From: an uncultured archaeon
GTDB taxonomy: Archaea > Altiarchaeota > Altiarchaeia > IMC4 > SCGC-AAA252-I15
Direction of reading: 5' to 3'
Assembly: GCA_902384455.1 (NCBI GenBank)
Contig: CABMCB010000063.1
Coordinates: 1-27,967, forward strand
Length of the DNA: 27,967 nt
Positions 18,235 to 26,119 of the stretch are shown one piece after another. The position numbers and the translations under genes are program-made. The notes under the pieces were generated by a model. The model was not told the DNA's origin. It saw nothing but the letters and a program-made list of their open reading frames with translations, and ran no database searches. Position 1 is the first letter of the stretch. Each line of letters opens with the position of its first letter.

Positions 18235-20214
18235 TTATGGTATGCTGCTGTTGCTGATATTCCCATCCATACTATTTCCTCCGTCATGTTTCCATCTATA
18301 CACTTGTATTCCATCAACGTTCTGTAGTGTGACTACGTTTATGCCGGCGACAGTAAAATTACCTTTTTTTGGGAATCCTTTACTCCATCCGCCGTTTCTG
18401 CGATAGTCTAATATCATCAGTCCCTGAGAGTTGTTTTCAATAACCCCTGCGACAAAATCAAATCTCTTGGAATCGTCGTATTTATACGGATAAATCCTGT
18501 TTTGAGAAATATTAAAGGTTAAGGGCAAGACATAACTAAAAAACGTGGTAATAAATACGTCCTTATCTTCGATTTCATTTCCTAAGAAAGATACTGTGTT
18601 GTTTACTCTGTCGTGATGTTCGTTCGTAGTCTTGACATAACCATGATCGTCTGATGTTATCGGGAAAAGAATGTTTGATGATTTGAAAATAGAAAACGAA
18701 AAAAATACTAAAAAAATAACAAAAACATATTTCAAACGCCGATTAGAAAAAATGTTGATTGACCTGAAAATAGAAAAGAGCGACGTAGAAATTAGTACTA
18801 TGAAAAAAGGCAGTGCATAAAAAATATATCGTGGCCTAGGATACCTATCAAAAAAGTATAAAAAGAATATCTCATACGAACCAAATATCATTAAATTCAG
18901 AAAGTACTCTTTATTTCCGTAACGCGCAGAAAATAATATTCCTATTCCTACGAGGAAAAAAACTATATACGTTGATTCATTGTCTTGCCACCAATGCATG
19001 GGCGTTCCGACGGGATTAAAATAATATTCGGACCAAACGTATTCACCGTCAAAATCTTCGTAGGATATGTGATTGCTGTTGATTGCAAAATAGACGAGAA
19101 AAAGACCTAAGAACACGGAAAAAAACAAAATTGAGTATCCGATTCTTCTATTATCATTAAAAACCTTCCTGATAGCTCTAAACTCGCTAATAAAAAAGTA
19201 CATTCCAATTACTGGAAAAAGAATAAAACTTGTCCTTAAGCTTGACAAATAGTCGACTTTAAACGCATAAAATACGAATGCAACTATAACTAATGCCTCA
19301 GAAGCGATTTTAAAATTTTTCTTTTTACTATACGAAATTATTGATTCTATCAAATCCAAGGCTATAAGACAAACTATTAAAATAAAAAAAGGATAATAAG
19401 CATATTCTCTGATGTTTCTTGAAACACCAATTGCCCACGGTGATATCGCCCATAAAAACGAGGATAAAATCCCTATATCCTTAGATATCCGTCGTCCAAG
19501 AAAATACAAAGGAAATATTGTAACGGCTCCAAAAATAACTCCCGGTAGTCTCCCCCAAAATAAATAATCATAAAAATTTTTGGGTTGGCCTATTTCATAA
19601 AATAATCTGACGGCATAAGTAACAAGCATTCCTCTGGTGTAGTCTGTTTCCTTAAACTCAAGAAGGTCCTTAGCCGCAATTATGTGCGAATATTCGTCTG
19701 TATACGGATCTAAGATGGTTAAATTCCAAAACCGCAAGAAAAAGCCAATAAAAAAAATAAAAATCAAAATCAAAAAATAATTTTTTCTCTTGCTAAAGGC
19801 CCCCTTATTAAATATGCCCCTTTTAGGGGCTGCTTCATACAAAATAGACGCGATTACTAAGCAAGAAGCAAACAGGCATAGGTAATCTGTTGTACTAGAT
19901 ATCTGTCCCCCTAGTTGCCATATAACAAATACGGAAACAAGAAAAATAGAAATTACTTTGGCTAAAACATGTATGTCCTGTGTTTCATTCCACTGTTTTA
20001 CTCTCGTGTAAAGTAGAAAAAGAAAAAATATTACGGTGGCAATCAACGCCCCCAAAGCGATATACGGATCATCGTACCTCTTGAATATTTCAATGGAAAA
20101 TAATGGGATGGCCAAAGCTATCGTAGCCAGCTTAAGATACGGGCCTATTCGCAACAAAGAGTATATACCTCTGCTAACAGAACCCAGCCTTTCGCCAAAC
20201 AAATCCCTTTTCAT
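18235..20214 (-). CDS. GT-C fold membrane glycosyltransferase (GT39/GT83, PMT_2/ArnT-like) with extra N-terminal TM region
   Basis: LRFWNL...PYTDEY, RLPGVIFG, SPW.I..SR..REY and RY....LPF. The start was moved to the ATG at 20214 because a TATA box lies about 25 nt upstream and the longer ORF overlaps the divergent gene. Confidence 0.8.
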   Translation of the reverse strand: MKRDLFGERLGSVSRGIYSLLRIGPYLKLATIALAIPLFSIEIFKRYDDPYIALGALIATVIFFLFLLYTRVKQWNETQDIHVLAKVISIFLVSVFVIWQLGGQISSTTDYLCLFASCLVIASILYEAAPKRGIFNKGAFSKRKNYFLILIFIFFIGFFLRFWNLTILDPYTDEYSHIIAAKDLLEFKETDYTRGMLVTYAVRLFYEIGQPKNFYDYLFWGRLPGVIFGAVTIFPLYFLGRRISKDIGILSSFLWAISPWAIGVSRNIREYAYYPFFILIVCLIALDLIESIISYSKKKNFKIASEALVIVAFVFYAFKVDYLSSLRTSFILFPVIGMYFFISEFRAIRKVFNDNRRIGYSILFFSVFLGLFLVYFAINSNHISYEDFDGEYVWSEYYFNPVGTPMHWWQDNESTYIVFFLVGIGILFSARYGNKEYFLNLMIFGSYEIFFLYFFDRYPRPRYIFYALPFFIVLISTSLFSIFRSINIFSNRRLKYVFVIFLVFFSFSIFKSSNILFPITSDDHGYVKTTNEHHDRVNNTVSFLGNEIEDKDVFITTFFSYVLPLTFNISQNRIYPYKYDDSKRFDFVAGVIENNSQGLMILDYRRNGGWSKGFPKKGNFTVAGINVVTLQNVDGIQVYRWKHDGGNSMDGNISNSSIP

Positions 20215-20239
20215 CTGGCAGTTAGTATACTCTCTGTGG

Positions 20240-20247
20240 AATATAAA
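20240..20247 (-). promoter_or_regulatory. Putative TATA box (TTTATATT) for the GT-C gene
   Basis: Lies about 25 nt upstream of ATG 20214, the spacing of a leaderless archaeal transcript. Confidence 0.55.
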
Positions 20248-20294
20248 GGTGCTTGTCTTAAACAAGTTATGTTTGTCGTGTTGGGGGTTACAGA

Positions 20295-20957
20295 ATGCGT
20301 TTAGACGATCTGAGGAGTGCTGTTTCAGATGTTTTCTTAGGTCTCTTAGCATTCAATCTGTTTCTTTATTTTTACAAACAACGAAATCCATATTTTTATC
20401 CCTTCTTAGAGGATAAGGCGCTCTTTTCCGTTGCTTTAGTATTTATTCTTTTCGTACTCTTGTACCTGCCATACCAGCGTTTACTCAACTTTTTTTCGTA
20501 CACTTCGGCTCATAGACAGGCGGGTCTTAATCTCATTTCGTTTCATAAGTTACGAAAAATAGGGGCCCGTACAGAGCAGTATGCCCCAATTGAAATAAGC
20601 CAGGAGCAGTTCGTTCAGATTGTTCTACTCGAAGTGTTCTACCTGCTATTATTCCTTTACCCTGCTATTCTTGTTTTATCGGAGTTCGGTTTATTTCCCT
20701 CAGACTTAGATTCGCGTTACTTGTTTGTTTCGCTTGTTTTTTTTGGTTTGGTGAATTTGTTTTTCCGGAAAGATGCTGTTCCCTCACCAATTGTTCATAA
20801 AAATAAGTCCCTTCTACTTTTGCCTTTGGTTTCGGCGTTAATCGTTTATTTTGGTGTAATGCCGGCGACGTTAATCGGAGTAGTCATCAGTCTTTTGACT
20901 GCAATACTTGTCGCCGTATTAATAGAACTGCAGACTTCTCACGGTAGCAGTGTTTAA
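20295..20957 (+). CDS. Hypothetical multi-pass membrane protein
   Basis: 220-aa ORF with about 6 hydrophobic segments that fills the gap between the two GT-C genes. Its stop overlaps the convergent stop (TTAA at 20954-20957). Confidence 0.65.
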   Translation: MRLDDLRSAVSDVFLGLLAFNLFLYFYKQRNPYFYPFLEDKALFSVALVFILFVLLYLPYQRLLNFFSYTSAHRQAGLNLISFHKLRKIGARTEQYAPIEISQEQFVQIVLLEVFYLLLFLYPAILVLSEFGLFPSDLDSRYLFVSLVFFGLVNLFFRKDAVPSPIVHKNKSLLLLPLVSALIVYFGVMPATLIGVVISLLTAILVAVLIELQTSHGSSV

Positions 20958-22441
20958 TCGTCGTTGCCCCATCGGTAGAGGTTTATTGCTCCTGCTTGGC
21001 CTGGTTTTGAGGGGCCGGGTAGCCATGTTGTTTTGTTGGTGAGGATTGGCCAGTAGTCTTGTGGTATGCGGTTTGCGGCGAGGGAGTCGAGTACGAGCCA
21101 CCCGTGTGTTTCATTAAGTATTCCTGTGAGTTCGTCGGCTGATGTTATCGCCGGAGTCATTGTTTGTGCGTAGTGGGTTTTGTTTGCTGTGAGAACTGTT
21201 TCTACTGGGAATCCGGATATGGAGAACGCCAGCCAGTAGTCGGGTTTGAGTCCGTACCATAGGGCTACTTCGGGGTAGTCTACGATTAGTGTGTCTCCTT
21301 GTTTTATGTTGTCTTTGAGGTGGGGGTATACGCTGTTGAAGTCTGGTTGGGGTGCGCGGGATTCGAGGTAGTATGTTGTTTGCGGGGTGAAAGATAATTC
21401 TCCTGAAATGGAAAACAGGAGGATTAGTATTGCGATGGCGGTTGTTTTTCTTTTTCCCCAGATTTCTTTCGCAACATAAGTGAGCGCTTTTGCGGCAAAC
21501 ATTATTATAAATGGCAGTAGGAAATACGCGTACCTGAACCCCAGTAATTTGATTCTGTAAGATATGAAATAGAACGGTATTATGAAGGCGAGTACGCACA
21601 GTAAGGTGGGTCTGCGCGTGTCCTTCCAGTAAAGAAGTAACCCTACAACGGCAAGGTAAATGGAGGCTGGAAACGCCGTCTTAAAGTAGTCGACGTAAGC
21701 CGGAAGATAATTCATGCTTGAAGACAATACTGCAGAAATCGTGTGAAGATACATCTCAGAAAAGACCAGTCCCAAACCAATAAATAGTCCGGCAGCAACC
21801 AAAGTCTTTTGCGGCATCTTCATTTTCCTGCCGCCAAGTTTCATGTCCAATGCCGCATAGGCCGGGTAAATCAAAAGAAGAGAAAAGCCGAACCGGTGGG
21901 ATAAGAAGGCGCCAGCAGTCGCAATCAAAGTTAAGACTGCCGTCTTAGTCTTTCTGTCCTCCAAGTACTTGTAGAACAGAAGCAGGGATAGCAGGTAGAA
22001 GAACTGCAGCTGCTGATACATCCTAGCCTGTCTGCTCCATGCGATTTCCACGTACGAAAAGGTTATTATGTACGCCGTAACTGCCCCTGCAGTATTGCCG
22101 AAAAACTTCCTTGCGGCTATGTACGCCAAAGGAATCATCAATGTGCCAAATATTGCGCTAGGCAGTCTTGCGGCGGCTTCGTTCACGCCGAAGACTGCCA
22201 TGCTTATGGTGATGAATGCGGTGTTAAGTATGTCTCTTTCATATACGCTTCCGCCGGGCATGTAGGGTACTAAATGCGTTAACATTCCTTTGGCTGCGGT
22301 TGCAGAGTAGACTTCGTCAATCCAGAATGACTGCGAGCCTAGGCTGTAGAACCTGAGCATCCCCCCTGCAAGAGTAAGAGCTAGGACGACGTAGAATGCC
22401 GTTTTATCGCCAAACATCTCATATACTCTGTTTATACGCAT
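20954..22441 (-). CDS. GT-C fold membrane glycosyltransferase (GT39/GT83-like)
   Basis: LRFYSLG.QSFWIDE, ARLPSAIFG, WSRQARMY, RY.YFLLPF and many TM segments. A TTTAAA lies about 24 nt upstream. Confidence 0.88.
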   Translation of the reverse strand: MRINRVYEMFGDKTAFYVVLALTLAGGMLRFYSLGSQSFWIDEVYSATAAKGMLTHLVPYMPGGSVYERDILNTAFITISMAVFGVNEAAARLPSAIFGTLMIPLAYIAARKFFGNTAGAVTAYIITFSYVEIAWSRQARMYQQLQFFYLLSLLLFYKYLEDRKTKTAVLTLIATAGAFLSHRFGFSLLLIYPAYAALDMKLGGRKMKMPQKTLVAAGLFIGLGLVFSEMYLHTISAVLSSSMNYLPAYVDYFKTAFPASIYLAVVGLLLYWKDTRRPTLLCVLAFIIPFYFISYRIKLLGFRYAYFLLPFIIMFAAKALTYVAKEIWGKRKTTAIAILILLFSISGELSFTPQTTYYLESRAPQPDFNSVYPHLKDNIKQGDTLIVDYPEVALWYGLKPDYWLAFSISGFPVETVLTANKTHYAQTMTPAITSADELTGILNETHGWLVLDSLAANRIPQDYWPILTNKTTWLPGPSKPGQAGAINLYRWGNDD

Positions 22442-22470
22442 CTCAAGACTATTGTAGATTGTCGTTTAAA

Positions 22471-22713
22471 GTGAAAACGGAAAAAAGAAGGCGGACTGAA
22501 AAAGACAAGCCGAATAAGTCCGTTATTAACGAGGCGGTACTTCGCGACGTGACTCGCTATCTAAACATAGTTTTCGTAGTTGTCGTCCTGCTTGAAGCAG
22601 CAAAGATACTAGACATAAGCAGTGTGCTTAGACTGGATTTGTTCGCTGCCGTAGTTTTAACGCTTAACGTGATAACCCTGTTCAGTTCTAGAAGCAAAAA
22701 GGCATCCAAGTAG
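22471..22713 (+). CDS. Small hypothetical membrane protein (basic N-terminus, two TM helices)
   Basis: A GTG start at 22471 avoids overlap with the divergent GT-C gene. The product is 80 aa with two hydrophobic segments. Confidence 0.5.
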   Translation: MKTEKRRRTEKDKPNKSVINEAVLRDVTRYLNIVFVVVVLLEAAKILDISSVLRLDLFAAVVLTLNVITLFSSRSKKASK

Positions 22714-22742
22714 TCAGTCTTTCGTCCATTGCGTTAGCGGTG

Positions 22743-23966
22743 TTATGTGTTTGTGTCTTGTAGGAGCCATTTCCATATTGGGGTGATGGTTATTTCTCTG
22801 TTGTCTGTTCGGAGAGTGTCTTCTTGGTTGTATGTTAAGATGAGGCCTTTGTTGAGGTTGAATTTGTTCATCGCTTCCGTTAGGCCTTTTGTTTCTCTGT
22901 TTTTATTGTCTTCGTTTAGTTCATTGCAGACTTGTATTGCGCGGGTGATTTTTACGCCTTCTTTGATTACGAAGTCGCATTCGTTTTTTTCCCTGAAGTA
23001 GTAGATGTCTCGGTATTTTCTCCTTAGGTTGAGGAATACGGTGTTTTCGAGCATTCGACCGTTGTCTTCGGAGAAGGAGGCTGAGTTTGTGTTTGACATG
23101 CCGTTGTCGATGCTATACGCTTTTTTCGGGTTTATGAGTTGTTTTTTCAGGGAGTAGTCGAATTTGGGTATTGTAAAGAGGAGGTAGCTGTCTTCAAAGT
23201 ATGATACGAAGGATATGGCACTGTTTGTTGAGCCGAGGTTGAAAGTCTTTTTGAGTGATGTGTAGGAGAATTCTTTTCCGATGTTTGTGAGGAGGTAAAG
23301 GGCCATTTCTCGTATGGTTTTGACGTTTCTGATCTTGTGTCGTACTGCTATATCCCTAACAAATATGTCGTTCAATAGTTCTTGGAGTACTCCGGCTCTG
23401 CCTATTTTGAGGTAATCTGGGAAGCCTCCTTTGAGGAGGTAGTCTTGGAATGTTTTTATGTTGGTTTCTTTGCCTGTGAATTTGAGAAACTCTTTGAATG
23501 AGAATGGGAACAATTCTTGCCTTAAGTGTCTTCCTGTGAGTCGTGAGCCCAGTTCTCTGCTTAGGAGTGAGGCGTTGGAACCAGTTATCACTACGTGTTT
23601 CTTTTTATCCAGCATTGCCCGCACATAAAGCTCCCATTTTTGAACGTTCTGTATTTCGTCGAAAAAATAGTGGTTTTGGTCGCCGTATTCCTCGTGGAAT
23701 ATTTCATCCAGCTTTTGGAAGTCCCCTACTTCAAAGTCCACTACCCGCGGGTCCTCAAAGTTGAGGTAGTAGAATCCGTCAACTTTCTCCATGAGCTGCC
23801 TAAGCAGGGTGCTTTTGCCGCATCGTCTCACCCCCGATAAGATCAACGCTAACGGTATGTCCAACTGCATCTGCGGGTATACGTCTCTTTCAACACCTTT
23901 GTCAAAGAGCGAAAGCTCCTCCCGTTGTGACTTTACTACGCTTCGAAGGGTTTCCTTGAGTACCAC
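22743..23966 (-). CDS. AAA_14 family ATP-binding protein with C-terminal DUF4143/nuclease-like domain
   Basis: Walker A GVRRCGKST, Walker B FFDEIQ, ITGSNA, LTGR, PFSF.E, GGFP, K.Y..D.G, EN.V and C-terminal E.DF...IQV. Confidence 0.9.
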   Translation of the reverse strand: MVLKETLRSVVKSQREELSLFDKGVERDVYPQMQLDIPLALILSGVRRCGKSTLLRQLMEKVDGFYYLNFEDPRVVDFEVGDFQKLDEIFHEEYGDQNHYFFDEIQNVQKWELYVRAMLDKKKHVVITGSNASLLSRELGSRLTGRHLRQELFPFSFKEFLKFTGKETNIKTFQDYLLKGGFPDYLKIGRAGVLQELLNDIFVRDIAVRHKIRNVKTIREMALYLLTNIGKEFSYTSLKKTFNLGSTNSAISFVSYFEDSYLLFTIPKFDYSLKKQLINPKKAYSIDNGMSNTNSASFSEDNGRMLENTVFLNLRRKYRDIYYFREKNECDFVIKEGVKITRAIQVCNELNEDNKNRETKGLTEAMNKFNLNKGLILTYNQEDTLRTDNREITITPIWKWLLQDTNT

Positions 23967-23986
23967 TTTATACTATACACATTAGC

Positions 23987-23994
23987 TATATAAA
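23987..23994 (-). promoter_or_regulatory. Putative TATA box (TTTATATA) of the ATPase gene
   Basis: Consensus archaeal TATA box 20 nt upstream of the GTG start. Confidence 0.6.
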
Positions 23995-23995
23995 T

Positions 23996-24038
23996 TTGTT
24001 CATTACTAATGCACAATCTTGTTCATTACTAATGCACA
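23996..24038. repeat. Perfect 20-bp direct repeat (TTGTTCATTACTAATGCACA x2, 23-bp period), each copy containing the palindrome CATTA-C-TAATG
   Basis: Copies at 23996-24015 and 24019-24038, read directly. Confidence 0.9.
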
Positions 24039-24122
24039 CTTCTACCAATGTTTTACTAAAATTGAACTGTAGTCTAATTTTAGTCGTACTAAAGTTAACG
24101 TATATCCAACTTTTAGTAATTT

Positions 24123-24863
24123 CTATTTCGTCCATTCCGTTAGTGGTGTTGTGTGGCTTGGTAGTTTGTGTGTTGGGATTTTTTTGATGTTGAATTTTTG
24201 GTATCCTATTTTTTCTTTGCGAAGTAAGGTGAGGGCGTTTTCTGTTATTGCGGGGGCTATTAGTATTGCGTGGGCTTCTTTTTGCACGTTTTGTTTGAGC
24301 CAGTCCAGGTACCTTTTTGTTTGCAGCGCTGCGGGCAGGCCTGCGCGTTCCGCTTTGAGTTCTACTACGACATATGTTTCCCCTATTTTTCCGTAGAGGT
24401 CGAAGAATCCAAGCGGGCTTCTGTATTCAATGTGTTTGAGTCTGAAGTTGGGGTCTATTTCCTGAGGGTTTTTTGCGAGGTAGTCGCGCATGTCTTTTTC
24501 CGTGTGCGTCAGTTTTTGTTTGCTTGGGTCGGTGAGGTTTGAGAAGCTTCTGTAGTCTTGTATTTCCTTGATTTTGATTTTCATTTCCTCGTGGGGTGTG
24601 GTTGTTTTTTGGATGAAAATCTGGAGGTTTCCGTCTTCTACGGTGGCTGCTAAATCTGAGGGAGGGCTCATCCAGTTGAGGGGCTTGAATCCTGTGAGGC
24701 TGTGGACGATTATTGTGTTGTCCGGTTTGAGGATTATTATGCGGTCTCCGTCGTCGACGACACTTCTGCTTCTGCCCCAGTATTCTATGCGGCAGTTGGC
24801 AACCAGAATGACGGCGTTTCTTTCGTCCGCGTCTTTGTTGAACCTTTCAGCCCATGATTCCAT
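24123..24863 (-). CDS. nucS: Mismatch-specific endonuclease NucS/EndoMS
   Basis: C.I.Y.GRS.S....GDRIIILKPD....VH....KPLNW N-terminal domain and TEKDM...EY....G.FDL...VVVELK...Q..RY nuclease domain. The start is set at ATG 24863. Confidence 0.88.
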   Translation of the reverse strand: MESWAERFNKDADERNAVILVANCRIEYWGRSRSVVDDGDRIIILKPDNTIIVHSLTGFKPLNWMSPPSDLAATVEDGNLQIFIQKTTTPHEEMKIKIKEIQDYRSFSNLTDPSKQKLTHTEKDMRDYLAKNPQEIDPNFRLKHIEYRSPLGFFDLYGKIGETYVVVELKAERAGLPAALQTKRYLDWLKQNVQKEAHAILIAPAITENALTLLRKEKIGYQKFNIKKIPTHKLPSHTTPLTEWTK

Positions 24864-24891
24864 CGTGGTTAATCTTTTTGGCGTGTTCTCC

Positions 24892-24901
24892 CGTATATAC
24901 G
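24892..24901. promoter_or_regulatory. Palindromic TATA element CGTATATACG between divergent nucS and CDP-alcohol phosphotransferase genes
   Basis: Perfect 10-bp palindrome about 20-30 nt from ATG 24863 (-) and ATG 24921 (+). Confidence 0.45.
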
Positions 24902-24905
24902 ATGT

Positions 24906-25481
24906 ATGATTCCGGGTGATATGGGTGCTTTTGAGGGTTGGCGCCGTAGGGTGCTTCAAAGCGTTCTTGCGCCGTTTTTTTCAGCGTTAGATGGTTTAGG
25001 CGTAAGTCCAATGCAGTTGTCTACATTGTCTCTGTTTTTTTCAGTCATATCGGCGTACCTTGTATTGTCTTCGTCTTGGCTGTGGACTGTTGCGTTGTTC
25101 ATCGCGTTGCTTCTTGATGCTTTAGACGGGGGCCTTGCAGTTTTTCAGAAAAGTGTTAGCGGGCGCGGAGAATTCTTAGATTGGTTTATGGACAGGGTCG
25201 GCACGGTTTGGGTTATCTGCAGCGTTTGTTTGGCGTACAGGCTGCCTTTTTTGCTGGCCGGGTTTCTTGTTTTATTCCATCTGTTAAGTTCGGCGTTGGG
25301 AAAAATTCTGTTGATGCGGGGTGTCAGAAAGTCGAGTGCGTGGGGTTTCAGGACGCTGCTTATTTGCTGCGCTATTGCGGGAATAATTCCGGCGTACCTT
25401 GTTTTGTCTCTTATGGCGTTTGTTTTTGTGACGTTGAAGTTGTCGATTCAGTTGGCAAGAACTTATTTCGCAAGGAAGTAG
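24906..25481 (+). CDS. CDP-alcohol phosphatidyltransferase family protein
   Basis: DALDGGLAV......GEFLDWFMDR matches DxxDGxxAR...GxxxDxxxD except for the Arg, with about 6 TM segments. The start may be 24921. Confidence 0.82.
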   Translation: MIPGDMGAFEGWRRRVLQSVLAPFFSALDGLGVSPMQLSTLSLFFSVISAYLVLSSSWLWTVALFIALLLDALDGGLAVFQKSVSGRGEFLDWFMDRVGTVWVICSVCLAYRLPFLLAGFLVLFHLLSSALGKILLMRGVRKSSAWGFRTLLICCAIAGIIPAYLVLSLMAFVFVTLKLSIQLARTYFARK

Positions 25482-26119
25482 TTGCGGAAAAAATCAATGG
25501 GCGCAGTGAAGATGCGAGAGTAGCCGTACTTGCTTTTCCCCTTCAGTCGAGGATAGTGTTTGACAGGCGTTTCAGTCACTTTGTACCCTTTGCGGGCAAG
25601 GAGAATCGTTATGTACCTGTGCATGAAGCCCTTAAGTCTAAGCGACTTGGCCGCTTCCTTCCGGTATGCTTTGAATGTGCATCCTTGGTCGTGCAGGCGT
25701 ACGCCTGTTGCCATGTAAGCGCAGAGGTTTGCGAAATCTGAGAGAACAACTCTTCCCGCAGAAAACTTCTTGTTCATTCTGCGCCCGCATACGAGGTCGA
25801 ATCCTGAAAGCTTATCTACAAGCGAAGGAATGTCTGCCGGGTCGTACTGTAGGTCGCCATCCATCGTAACTACCACTTCGCCGCCAGCTGCGGTAAAGCC
25901 CGCCTGAAGAGCGCTACTTTGGCCCAAGTGTTCTGTGTGGACGGGTTTTATTCTGCCGTCCTTTGCAGCGTTTTCCTCAAGCAAGGAAAAAGTTTTGTCC
26001 GTGCTTCCGTCATCAACTATCACAAACTCATACTCTCCCTTAAGCGAAGTAAGCCGGTTAAGAAGCTCAACAACATTCTCCTCTTCGTTGTAGACCGGTA
26101 TTACGACTGAAACAATCAT
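25463..26119 (-). CDS. GT2 glycosyltransferase (polyprenol-phosphate/lipid glycosyltransferase-like, no C-terminal TM)
   Basis: SVVIPVYNEE, VDDGSTDKT, GQSSAL, MDGDLQYDP, DQGC.FKAYR, MHRY and H.PR..G.SKY. Confidence 0.9.
   Translation of the reverse strand: MIVSVVIPVYNEEENVVELLNRLTSLKGEYEFVIVDDGSTDKTFSLLEENAAKDGRIKPVHTEHLGQSSALQAGFTAAGGEVVVTMDGDLQYDPADIPSLVDKLSGFDLVCGRRMNKKFSAGRVVLSDFANLCAYMATGVRLHDQGCTFKAYRKEAAKSLRLKGFMHRYITILLARKGYKVTETPVKHYPRLKGKSKYGYSRIFTAPIDFFRNYFLAK

Noticed and set aside
20215-20352. 46-aa N-terminal extension of the GT-C (likewise 24864-24959 for nucS and 22396-22470 for the small ORF)
   Set aside because: The extensions overlap divergent genes and span likely promoter elements; downstream starts fit better.
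23996-24038. Mini CRISPR array
   Set aside because: Only two 20-bp copies separated by 3 bp, with no spacers and no cas genes.
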